Shown: piece by piece, positions 20,401 through 28,555 of the stretch
Layout of the letters: every line of letters starts with the position of its first letter
How positions within the stretch are numbered: the stretch's first letter is position 1
DNA from: a bacterium
GTDB taxonomy: Bacteria > UBA8248
Length of the DNA: 64,000 nt
Reading direction: 5' to 3'
Assembly (NCBI GenBank): GCA_965204535.1
Contig: CBDBEV010000001.1
Location: 896,001 to 960,000, forward strand
Translations under genes and position numbers: made by a program
The notes under the pieces: model-generated
Seen by the model: the letters and a program-made list of their open reading frames with translations, nothing else
Databases searched by the model: none
What the model was told of the DNA's origin: nothing

Positions 20401-22182
20401 GAGACTGTGAGAGTATTGGATTTCACAGTCTCCGGAACAGGGCTCGCTTACGCTTGCAGCCCGATGGCCGGACACTGTCTTCAACTTCGGGAGCAACAAC
20501 ACCGCAGAGCCGGGAGAGAAACGTCTCGGCGGCCGGTCAGCTCGGGGTCGCGGTCAAGTCCTCGAAGAATCGGCTTCAAGTTCACACGCCATTCGTCCCC
20601 AACCGCTGTTTTTGCAGACAATGCTCCACAAATGCAGCTCCGCCCAGCACACGCATGACCCGCTTGAAGTTGTAACCCAGCGTCATCAGGCTGAATTCGC
20701 CGCGGCATTTGCCGAGTCCGCGCATCACAAAATGATCCATCCCCGCCCAGCGCTTGATCGTACCGAATGGATGTTCGACGAGTGTGCTTCGCCCGCGCAT
20801 CAATGGCACACGGGCGTTCATCTTCTTGCGATGCCGGTCCACCACGTCCTCATGCTCCCAGCGTTGTATCCTGCGCGTCGATCTCGACTTTGTCAGGCAT
20901 CGGCCCGACAACGAACAGTCCCGGCAAACCGCCGCCGTCCCGCGATAAAAGTAATACAGCCTGCCCCTGACGGTGGTCGTGCCGCCTCGAACCAGACGCT
21001 CTCCGGCCGGACAGACATACGTGTCATCCTGCGCATCGTAACGGAATTCATCGCTGCCGAATCGTCCGTCCTTGCCCTTGCGGGCCGTCTGGTTCGGTAT
21101 CGGAACATACACCTCCATTCCCTTGTCTTCGCAACTCTTCAACTGTGCGCCGTTGAAGTAGCCCGAATCCGCCAGGCCGACCAGGCGTTCGCTGCCCATG
21201 GCTTCGCCGGCTTTCGTCATCATCGGCTCCAACTGAGCGGAGTCATTGCCGTCCTGCACCACATCCTCCGCGACAATCAGCTTGTGCTTGTCGTCCACCG
21301 CGATCTGGCAGTTGTATCCGCCCACCATTATATCGCCGTTCCTCAGAAGTCGAGCATCTGCATCGACCCCCGATACCTGACGCTCTCCGCTTTCCTGCAA
21401 ATGCTCTTGCAGTGCCTTCTTCTTTTGTTGCCTCTCGATCAAGGCCTTGAGCTTCACCGGCAGGTCCGGATCCTCCGAACCGTCCCCACACTCCTCCCCG
21501 CGCGCATCCGCCTCGTCCAACTGCCGGTGATACGCCGCAATCCTCTTCTCCAAACGCCTCAGGTCCCTTGCCAGGGACCGCTTGGTTTGGAAGCTGTCCA
21601 GGTTCGCATCGGCCTTCAAAAAAGTCCCGTCGACCGCCACCCGGCTGCCGCCCAGCAGCGAGAGTTCGCGGCACAGCAGCACGAACTCCCGGTTGGCCTC
21701 CTGCAGCGCAGCCACATTGTTCTTGCGAAAATCCGCAATCGTCTTGTAGCTCGGCGTCGCACCCTGGCACAGCCAGATCACTTCCAGATTGCGCCGCGTC
21801 TCCGCTTCGAGACGGCGCGAACTCCGTACCCGGTGCTGGTAGCCGTACAGATACAGCTTCAGCAGCAGCGCCGGGTCGAAAGCCGGCTGACCGGCGCCGC
21901 AGTTCGCTTCGGCATGCGCGAACCCCAGCGCCTCCAGGTCCAGCGTGCCGACGAACGCATCGATCGCGCGCACCGCATTGTGCTCGGACACGTAGTCGTC
22001 CAGACACGGCGGAAGCAGCATCATCTGGCTTCGGGACTGCACCTCCTGATAACGTCTCTCGGACATGGTGGTGACCCTTTATGTGGTTATCTCACTCACC
22101 GGTAAAGATAGCATGTACAGACAACCCGGGCATCGCTCGCCAGCGTCACCCACCAGAATCGTGGGAATACTTTCACAGTCTC
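20401..22182 (-). mobile_element. Complete IS1182-family insertion sequence
   Basis: 17-bp terminal IRs GAGACTGTGAGAGTATT / AATACTTTCACAGTCTC (1 mismatch); CGGCGGCG directly repeated on both flanks. Confidence 0.9.
20582..22066 (-). CDS. IS1182-family DDE transposase
   Basis: LLKLYLYGY...SSRRLE, PSYKTIADFRK, VDGT, ADSGY, zinc ribbon, VEHPFGTIK. Confidence 0.95.
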   Translation of the reverse strand: MSERRYQEVQSRSQMMLLPPCLDDYVSEHNAVRAIDAFVGTLDLEALGFAHAEANCGAGQPAFDPALLLKLYLYGYQHRVRSSRRLEAETRRNLEVIWLCQGATPSYKTIADFRKNNVAALQEANREFVLLCRELSLLGGSRVAVDGTFLKADANLDSFQTKRSLARDLRRLEKRIAAYHRQLDEADARGEECGDGSEDPDLPVKLKALIERQQKKKALQEHLQESGERQVSGVDADARLLRNGDIMVGGYNCQIAVDDKHKLIVAEDVVQDGNDSAQLEPMMTKAGEAMGSERLVGLADSGYFNGAQLKSCEDKGMEVYVPIPNQTARKGKDGRFGSDEFRYDAQDDTYVCPAGERLVRGGTTTVRGRLYYFYRGTAAVCRDCSLSGRCLTKSRSTRRIQRWEHEDVVDRHRKKMNARVPLMRGRSTLVEHPFGTIKRWAGMDHFVMRGLGKCRGEFSLMTLGYNFKRVMRVLGGAAFVEHCLQKQRLGTNGV

Positions 22183-22216
22183 CGGCGGCGACGACGCGAC
22201 CCGTTGAGCGTTCACG

Positions 22217-23044
22217 TCACGCTACTTTTTGAACGGGTATGCCGAGCGCTCTGGCCTTGTCGACGAGGTTGTCCGTGATGCCCGAACCGGGGAACGCGAT
22301 CACGCCCTTGGGGAGGAGGGAGAGCAGCTCGTCGTTCCGCCTGAAGGGAGCGGCCCTGCCGTGGGCGTCCCAGTCCGGCTTGCACACGACCTGGTGGACG
22401 CCGTTCCGCTCGGCCCATCCCGCCGCTATCTTCTCGGCGCCGGAGCCGCCGCCGTGGACGAGGACGACGTCGGCGTACTTGGCCTTGACCTTGTCGAGAT
22501 GCGCGATGATTTTACCGGCGTCGCCGGCCTCCTTGCCTCCCGCGACGGCGACGAGCGTTCCCTGGGGGAGGTGGGCCGTGTTCTCGCGGTCCTTTTTCGC
22601 GCGCTGGAAGTCCCGCGCCTCGATCACCGCAGAGGTCAATTTGCCGGTCTGCGAGACGTGCGATCCTCGCCTCGGGCGCCATACCTCGCCGGTCTCGACG
22701 CGGTAGGCCTCGGCGGCCGTGTCGCGCAGCACCTCGAAGGCGTCGCGGCGGGCGGTGAGATTCTCGGCGCGGTCGAGCCGCTGTGTCTGGGCGTCGAGGG
22801 TGTTGACGAAGCCCCACAGGAGGTTTCTTCGCTCGTCGGCCAACTGCGTGCCGTCGGGTGCGGCCTCGGCGAGCAGGTGGAATGCCTTGAGGACGGCGGC
22901 TGTGGACTCCGCCTCGCCCCAGACGGGCCGGTTGTCGAACTCGTCCGGTCCGGGAGTCGCGCCGAAGAGGGCGGCCTGTTCGCATACCATGGCGGTGAAG
23001 GATTCGTTCTGCGCTTCGTGCTCTGCGTGCTCGTGCATGATCAT
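22217..23044 (-). CDS. DUF2493/YspA-like SLOG-domain protein of conjugative elements
   Basis: C-terminal VLVHGG..GAEKIA, AAPFRRND, IAFPGSGIT; AGGAG RBS before MIMHEH. Confidence 0.75.
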   Translation of the reverse strand: MIMHEHAEHEAQNESFTAMVCEQAALFGATPGPDEFDNRPVWGEAESTAAVLKAFHLLAEAAPDGTQLADERRNLLWGFVNTLDAQTQRLDRAENLTARRDAFEVLRDTAAEAYRVETGEVWRPRRGSHVSQTGKLTSAVIEARDFQRAKKDRENTAHLPQGTLVAVAGGKEAGDAGKIIAHLDKVKAKYADVVLVHGGGSGAEKIAAGWAERNGVHQVVCKPDWDAHGRAAPFRRNDELLSLLPKGVIAFPGSGITDNLVDKARALGIPVQKVA

Positions 23045-23357
23045 CTCCTTGTGTGTCGCGGTGGCAGTCATCGTTCACTCCTTTCGTTGTCCTCAAGCGA
23101 GAGAGGGTAGTACCGCCACCGGGACACAAGAGCCTTTGGTGTTTCACGATGAAGGCGAAGCTCATCGGGAAACAATCCCTCATGCTGCGGAAAGGGTCAT
23201 TTCGGGCCGCATTTTCCGGCCCGAAATTCCCGCAGCGGGGGGTGGACCGAGCCACTGTCCAGAACATGGAATGAGTGCAGGAGCATGCTGATCTTCCGTG
23301 AACATGGTTCATCGTTCGCGGAACCGGAGATTTACCGGGTGTTCCCGGTAGACGAGA

Positions 23358-24819
23358 GATGGGGTAATCGGGTTGGCCCTCGAACTACCGCGTGTAGCGG
23401 ATGTTCCTCTGTCATATGATCGAGGCGAGGCCGGGATGGCTCCGGTGTCTCTCGCCCGCAGGAGGAGCAGCCATGAACTACTTTGCAGGACTCGACGTGT
23501 CGTTGGAGTGGACGAGTGTGTGCGTGGTGGACGTGGACGGCGGGATCGTCCGGGAGGCGAAGGTCGCGAGCGAACCCGCGGCCCTCGCGGCGTTCTTCAC
23601 CGGGCTGGACTTCGGCGTGAAGCGCATCTGCCTCGAGGCGGGGCCGCTGTCGCAGTGGCTCCATGACGGCCTGGCCGAGGCCGGGCTCCCGGTGGTTTGC
23701 GCCGAGACGCGGCAGTTGAAGGCGGTGCTCTCGGCCACGGTGAACAAGAGCGACCGCGACGACGCGCGCGGGATCGCCCAGCTGGTTCGCGCGAACCTGA
23801 TTCGCCCGGTGCACGTGAAGACGGTGTCGAGCCAGGAGAAACGCATGCTCCTCGCCAACCGCAGGTTCATGCTGAAGCAGTTGTGCGACGCCGAGGCCCA
23901 CATCCGGGGCACGTTGCGCAACTTCGGACTGAAGATGGGCAAGGTCTCCCGCCGCGGGCTGGAGGCGCGGGTAGGGGGTCTGGTCGCGGATCGCCCGGAG
24001 TTGGCGCGCCTGGTGGCGCCGATGCTGCGGGCTCGCTCTGCGTTGCTGGCGGAATACGTCCGGCTGCACAGGATGATGCTGGAGGCGGTGCGCGTCGACC
24101 CGGTCTGCCGTCGCCTGATGACGGTCCCCGGCGTGGGTCCGGTGACGGCGCTGACCTTCCGGGCGAGCGTCGACGTGCCGTCGCGTTTTGCGCGCTCGCG
24201 CTCGGTGGGCGCGCACTTCGGGCTTGTGCCTCGCAAATGGCAATCCGGAGAGGTCGACCGAACGGGAAGAATCTCCAAGTGCGGCGACGCGATGATGCGC
24301 GCGGCGCTCTACGAAGCCGCCAACGCCTTGCTCGGGCGCACGACGCGGTGGTCGTGGCTGAAAGCCTGGGCGATGGGTGTGGCGAAGCGTCGCGGCAAGG
24401 CGCGCGCGAAGGTTGCGCTCGCCCGCCGGCTCGGCGTCATTATGCACCGCATATGGATGGACGGCAGTGAGTTCCGCTGGAAACGCGACGGCGTGGATGA
24501 CGTAGCCTCCTGACATCGGGAATCCAAAAGGAGAAGAATCCGAAAATTACAGTAGCTTCCGCTATGGCAGAGGATGCTCCCGTGGGGACGAGGGACGAGG
24601 TGAGTTCGCTGTCGGCTCAGTTCCGCTCCGTCGGTGACGGTGCGAGGGCGTATGAGAGATTGTTCCACCTCGTTCTCCGACCCCATCCTGTTGACGGCCC
24701 CGGACCGGGAGCCGATCACGTAGAGAAGCGAGACCCCCATGGAGCATCGTCTAAAGCCAAGGCGGAAAGATCCGGAAAAACCAGGGCAGAGGAACTTGAC
24801 TTGCTCGTCCCGATTAGAG
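23358..24819 (+). mobile_element. IS110-family (IS1111-type) element with sub-terminal IRs and long 3' non-coding region
   Basis: TAATCGGG (23365-23372) / CCCGATTA (24809-24816); no target duplication seen; ends approximate. Confidence 0.75.
23473..24513 (+). CDS. IS110/IS1111 DEDD transposase (recombinase)
   Basis: AGLDVS, LEAG, KSDRDDARGIA, VPGVGP, GLVP...QSGE...GRISKCG; GGAGGAG RBS. Confidence 0.95.
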   Translation: MNYFAGLDVSLEWTSVCVVDVDGGIVREAKVASEPAALAAFFTGLDFGVKRICLEAGPLSQWLHDGLAEAGLPVVCAETRQLKAVLSATVNKSDRDDARGIAQLVRANLIRPVHVKTVSSQEKRMLLANRRFMLKQLCDAEAHIRGTLRNFGLKMGKVSRRGLEARVGGLVADRPELARLVAPMLRARSALLAEYVRLHRMMLEAVRVDPVCRRLMTVPGVGPVTALTFRASVDVPSRFARSRSVGAHFGLVPRKWQSGEVDRTGRISKCGDAMMRAALYEAANALLGRTTRWSWLKAWAMGVAKRRGKARAKVALARRLGVIMHRIWMDGSEFRWKRDGVDDVAS

Positions 24820-24900
24820 AAGAGCCGACAGGGCGGACCTTCTCTGGATAGCGAGCATAAGAAAAGGGAGCGACGCGCGAGGCGCCGACCCCTTGTGAGC

Positions 24901-25145
24901 CTAGAACGGAATTTCGTTGTCTGCTCCATCGACTGCCGCCGCCACCGCCGCCGTCTCGGCGTGCGCGCCGTTGCCGTTACCGTTGCCATTGCCGTTCACC
25001 TTGTCGAGGAACTGCACGCGCCCGCCCGGCGCGATGAGGATCTCGGTCGAGAACCGATCGGAGTCCTCCCCGTCCTTCTTCCAGCGGCGGGTCTGGAGCT
25101 TGCCGGCCACGTAGACCAGGCGGCCCTTCTTCGCGTGCTTCTCAA
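24901..25145 (-). pseudogene. ssb: 5'-truncated single-stranded DNA-binding protein
   Basis: KKGRLVYVAGKLQTRRW...DRFSTEI and acidic DNEIPF tail; the N-terminal half of the OB fold is missing. Confidence 0.85.
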
Positions 25146-25239
25146 TTTTTTTTGATATCTCGGCCGCAAGCTGATGGGCACTTGATGAAGAGAACCCGGA
25201 CAATCGGTGAAAAGTGAAGAGTGGGAATTTGTGTTTTTG

Positions 25240-25264
25240 GTAGGGACAGGTCGCGACCTGTCCT
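25240..25264. repeat. GTAG-type REP palindrome (degenerate copy)
   Basis: GTAGGGACAGGTCGCGACCTGTCCT, matches 35121 and 37945. Confidence 0.85.
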
Positions 25265-25461
25265 TGCGGATGCAGAAAAACCAAGCGGTTGCTGGTGAAA
25301 CGACCCAAACGTTTCATTCCCGGATAGCGATATAACGGTTTTTTCCATCGGCGAACCACCGCCCCCTTTCTCACCCCGTCCCATTTCTGCTAGACTCCGC
25401 GCTTTCGCAGGCCCCGGACAGGGGATTCCTTTCATCACGTTTCGAGGGAGAATGCGCCATC

Positions 25462-25776
25462 ATGCTGGAGCCAGAAATTTTTGTGGTCGACCTCACGGAG
25501 AATTTCGGCGGGGAAATCCTCGCGGACGGACGGGTGAAGACGACGCGGGAACAACTCGAAGGCTGCGCCGCCAAGTTCGGGGCGAGCGTCTCGGTGAGCC
25601 ACGCGAAAAACTTCGAACTCGGCGTCCACGTGCCGACCATCACGGTGCGGCGTCTCGAAAAGAAGGGCAGGAAGACCGAGACCGAACTCCTGTTCTTCTC
25701 CTACGAGGGTGAGGGCGGCGACATCCTCACCGACCCCGCCGAATGGGGCCGCGTGCCGACGCAGATCTTCGGCTGA
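25462..25776 (+). CDS. Hypothetical protein
   Basis: 104-aa ORF with host-like codon bias and GAGGGAG upstream. Confidence 0.6.
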   Translation: MLEPEIFVVDLTENFGGEILADGRVKTTREQLEGCAAKFGASVSVSHAKNFELGVHVPTITVRRLEKKGRKTETELLFFSYEGEGGDILTDPAEWGRVPTQIFG

Positions 25777-25932
25777 TCGGCCTTCGGGAGCATCGTTCGC
25801 GCTACATCACGGAGATGGCCGCCGGGAGCCCGAAAATAGTCTGCGGGTACGCCACAATTACGTACAGTCCTCTTAAATCTTTTGCCGATGGGTCGTAATG
25901 CCGCCTTCATGTGAACAGCAGCGGAGGATGGA

Positions 25933-26805
25933 GTGTTGGAAGAAACCAAGAGGAGCCCTGTCGTTGTATCAGTAATCAACTTGAAAGGCGGCGTTGGAAA
26001 AACGACGGTCACGGCATTGCTGGCAAGATACGCTGTACGCAAGAATTTGAAGGTGCTGGCTGTTGATTTGGATCCACAAGCGAATCTGAGCCAGGCGCTC
26101 ATGACGGAAAACGATTATAAGCAGTTCATGGAGAATAGAGAACCTTCCGTTGTGGAACTTTTCAACGGCTACTTGCCCCCATCTTCTGAGCGGTCGGCTC
26201 CTGCGCCTTTGGAGAATGTTCTCAAAAGGGTGGGCTCTCGGTGGGAGCAGAAAGAGAATTTCCATCTCATTCCGTCGAGATTCGATTTCGCGAACAACTT
26301 GATTGAATCTGTTCGTGTCGATGAGCCAGTGCTGGCGAGATATATTGCTCATGAAATGAAGAATAAAGATCTGATTCTGATTGATTGCGCTCCGACCGAA
26401 TCAGTGCTTACCAGGACGGCGTATCATGCGTCGCGCTATGTTCTCGTTCCGGTGCGGACGGAATTTTTCTCCACAATTGGCTTCCCTCTATTGCAAGAAT
26501 CTCTGGAGGATTTCAGATCGGAAAATCCCACTCATGCCATTGATGTGTGCGGTGTGTTGATTAACAACAGCGAGACACAGTGGTCTCCGCGAGGACCGCA
26601 CCACAGGGATTCTAGGGAAGAAATTCGCGAAAAAGCGGGAGAATACGGATGGCCTGTTATGAGCAATGAGATGACTCACTCGCGTGGATACCCTAAAATG
26701 GCTAAAGAAGAGTACGCATCACATACAGGAAATGCTTGGGGAGAATCTCAAAGAATCGCGAATGAGTTCCTGGAGATGGTAGGATTATCGCCCAAGGAGG
26801 CGTAA
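25933..26805 (+). CDS. Orphan ParA-family ATPase
   Basis: NLKGGVGKTT deviant Walker A, DLDPQANLS, IDCAP. Confidence 0.9.
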   Translation: MLEETKRSPVVVSVINLKGGVGKTTVTALLARYAVRKNLKVLAVDLDPQANLSQALMTENDYKQFMENREPSVVELFNGYLPPSSERSAPAPLENVLKRVGSRWEQKENFHLIPSRFDFANNLIESVRVDEPVLARYIAHEMKNKDLILIDCAPTESVLTRTAYHASRYVLVPVRTEFFSTIGFPLLQESLEDFRSENPTHAIDVCGVLINNSETQWSPRGPHHRDSREEIREKAGEYGWPVMSNEMTHSRGYPKMAKEEYASHTGNAWGESQRIANEFLEMVGLSPKEA

Positions 26806-26807
26806 AC

Positions 26808-27344
26808 GTGCAAAAGGACGAATTGAGAAACTTGCTCTCAACTCTTGTCGATGATTGCGGATACGATGCGGTTCGTGAAGCGCTGGAGGATTTCGACCCT
26901 AAGCTCAAACGCGCGCCTGCTTCAAGAAACTCCTCTTCCAAGCGACCAAAAAAAACAAGGACGAAACCAAACGCAGTTTCTATCGTAGGTTCTCTTGCGT
27001 TGTCGGATGAAAGGAAAAAGAACGTCCTGATGACGCTTGCGAAGAAATATGAGGACAAGGCCTTCATGCCGAACGTCAACCACGTCCGTGCCTTCCTGGA
27101 GCAGGAGGGGAAAGACGTTTCCCGCATCAAGTCCAGAGGGCAAGTCGTATCCACCGTATTCAAGTGTCTGGCGGATTGGGAAACATCGAGATTGCGAGAA
27201 CTGGACACCAGGGGATTGTATGGTCCTCCAAAGACTCTTTCCGGCATCGCCAAGTCGATAGAGAGTTTTGGGCGCCGAAACCGCCGAAACCACACGGAAG
27301 CCGCACAACGCATGGGGAATCCAGCCCGTACTTCCTCCCGATGA
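26808..27344 (+). CDS. Hypothetical protein coupled to ParA
   Basis: AAGGAGG RBS inside the ParA end, GTG start 2 nt after its stop. Confidence 0.65.
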   Translation: MQKDELRNLLSTLVDDCGYDAVREALEDFDPKLKRAPASRNSSSKRPKKTRTKPNAVSIVGSLALSDERKKNVLMTLAKKYEDKAFMPNVNHVRAFLEQEGKDVSRIKSRGQVVSTVFKCLADWETSRLRELDTRGLYGPPKTLSGIAKSIESFGRRNRRNHTEAAQRMGNPARTSSR

Positions 27345-27448
27345 GCGGCGAGCGCGTTTGCGCTCATCCCGCGTTTTGGTTCTATAATGTTCACGAGATA
27401 ACCCCGATAACCTGAATGAGGACCCGGAAAGAGAGAGGGTGTGGGAAG

Positions 27449-27760
27449 ATGATCGATTTGCAGCCGATCAACACGGGAGACCTCATAGGCATCGCGCAGT
27501 GCGCCTTGATCTGGTATGGCCTCTACACCATGCGCGCCGGTACAAGGCAGAGGGACAAGGCGCTCGATGCAATCATCGCCCAGGGCCGGGAGGGCAGGGA
27601 AGCGCTGCGGAAAACCATGCAGAGCTTGGATAAAACAATGGCCAGTTTGGATAAAACTCTCGAGGGCTTTGATAAAACGCTGGAAAGCATGGATAAGACA
27701 AACGAGGGCTTGGATAAATCAACCGAAGCCCTGGCAATCCTGCTCAAAAGATCAGCGTAG
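27449..27760 (+). CDS. Small membrane-anchored protein with 7-aa tandem repeats (coiled coil)
   Basis: Hydrophobic N-terminal segment then MQSLDKT/MASLDKT/LEGFDKT/LESMDKT/NEGLDKS. Confidence 0.7.
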   Translation: MIDLQPINTGDLIGIAQCALIWYGLYTMRAGTRQRDKALDAIIAQGREGREALRKTMQSLDKTMASLDKTLEGFDKTLESMDKTNEGLDKSTEALAILLKRSA

Positions 27761-27884
27761 GTTGCGGCGTTTCACGGAGGCTCTCCGGCCTTTCCGAGAT
27801 AGTTCCGTTTCGTCGTCGGTATTCCGTTGAATTTCTGGATTTTTTTCACGCGCATGACTCTCACGCGAGGCGCGCGCGTTCGAG

Positions 27885-28319
27885 GTGATGACGATGGGTC
27901 GCTCATGGACGAGAGAGGAGGTCGAGCGGGTGTTCCAGGCCCGCTGGCAGGGGAATTTCAACGACCTCCTGGGTTTCGAGGTTTTAGAGGCGGAGGAGGG
28001 CTTCGCCCGCGTGGCGATGCCCGTGGAGCCGAAGCTGCATCAGCCTTTCGGGATCGTCCACGGCGGCGCGCTGGCCTCACTCGCCGACACCGTCGGCGGC
28101 GTCGGCAGCTACGTGAGCTACCCGGTCGGCACCGAGGTGGTGACGGTGGAGATGAAAATCAACTTCGTCCGTCCCGTGAAGGAGGGAACCCTCGTCGGCG
28201 AGGCGAAGGCCCTGCATCTGGGGCGCAAGACTTCCGTTTGGGAGATCCGTCTTCTCGACGATGCCGAAAAGCTCGTCTGCTTCGCTTCGGCCACCTACAT
28301 GGTCGTGAAAGAAGCCTGA
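27885..28319 (+). CDS. PaaI-family hotdog thioesterase
   Basis: HQPFGIVHGGALASLADT, TVEMKINFVRP. Confidence 0.92.
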   Translation: MMTMGRSWTREEVERVFQARWQGNFNDLLGFEVLEAEEGFARVAMPVEPKLHQPFGIVHGGALASLADTVGGVGSYVSYPVGTEVVTVEMKINFVRPVKEGTLVGEAKALHLGRKTSVWEIRLLDDAEKLVCFASATYMVVKEA

Positions 28320-28555
28320 GAACGCTTCGGGGCGCGGGTTTCGGATCGTCCTCGTTCTTTGCGCCCATCTGTGGTATTATCTCATTAGCAGAAAGTCGGT
28401 ATTTCCGCAATCCAATATGATTCAATCAGTTATAGCTTTTGCCCTGAGCCGGCCTCAGAGGCCGGTTTCAGAAGCAACGAGCGCTTGACGGGGTGGGGGA
28501 TGTTTTCCCGATGGCTTCTCGGGGAGGCGGATTTCCCGTCCGAAAGAGGTGAAAG

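Noticed and set aside
20612-22105. Long antisense ORFs (here and opposite acnA, gltB, rlmN, IS110)
   Set aside because: Shadow frames expected from high-GC codon bias; no motifs or RBS.
23207-23218. Third CCGCATTTTCCG match
   Set aside because: No -10 element at the 25-nt spacing and it lies in an unrelated mobile relic; treated as chance.
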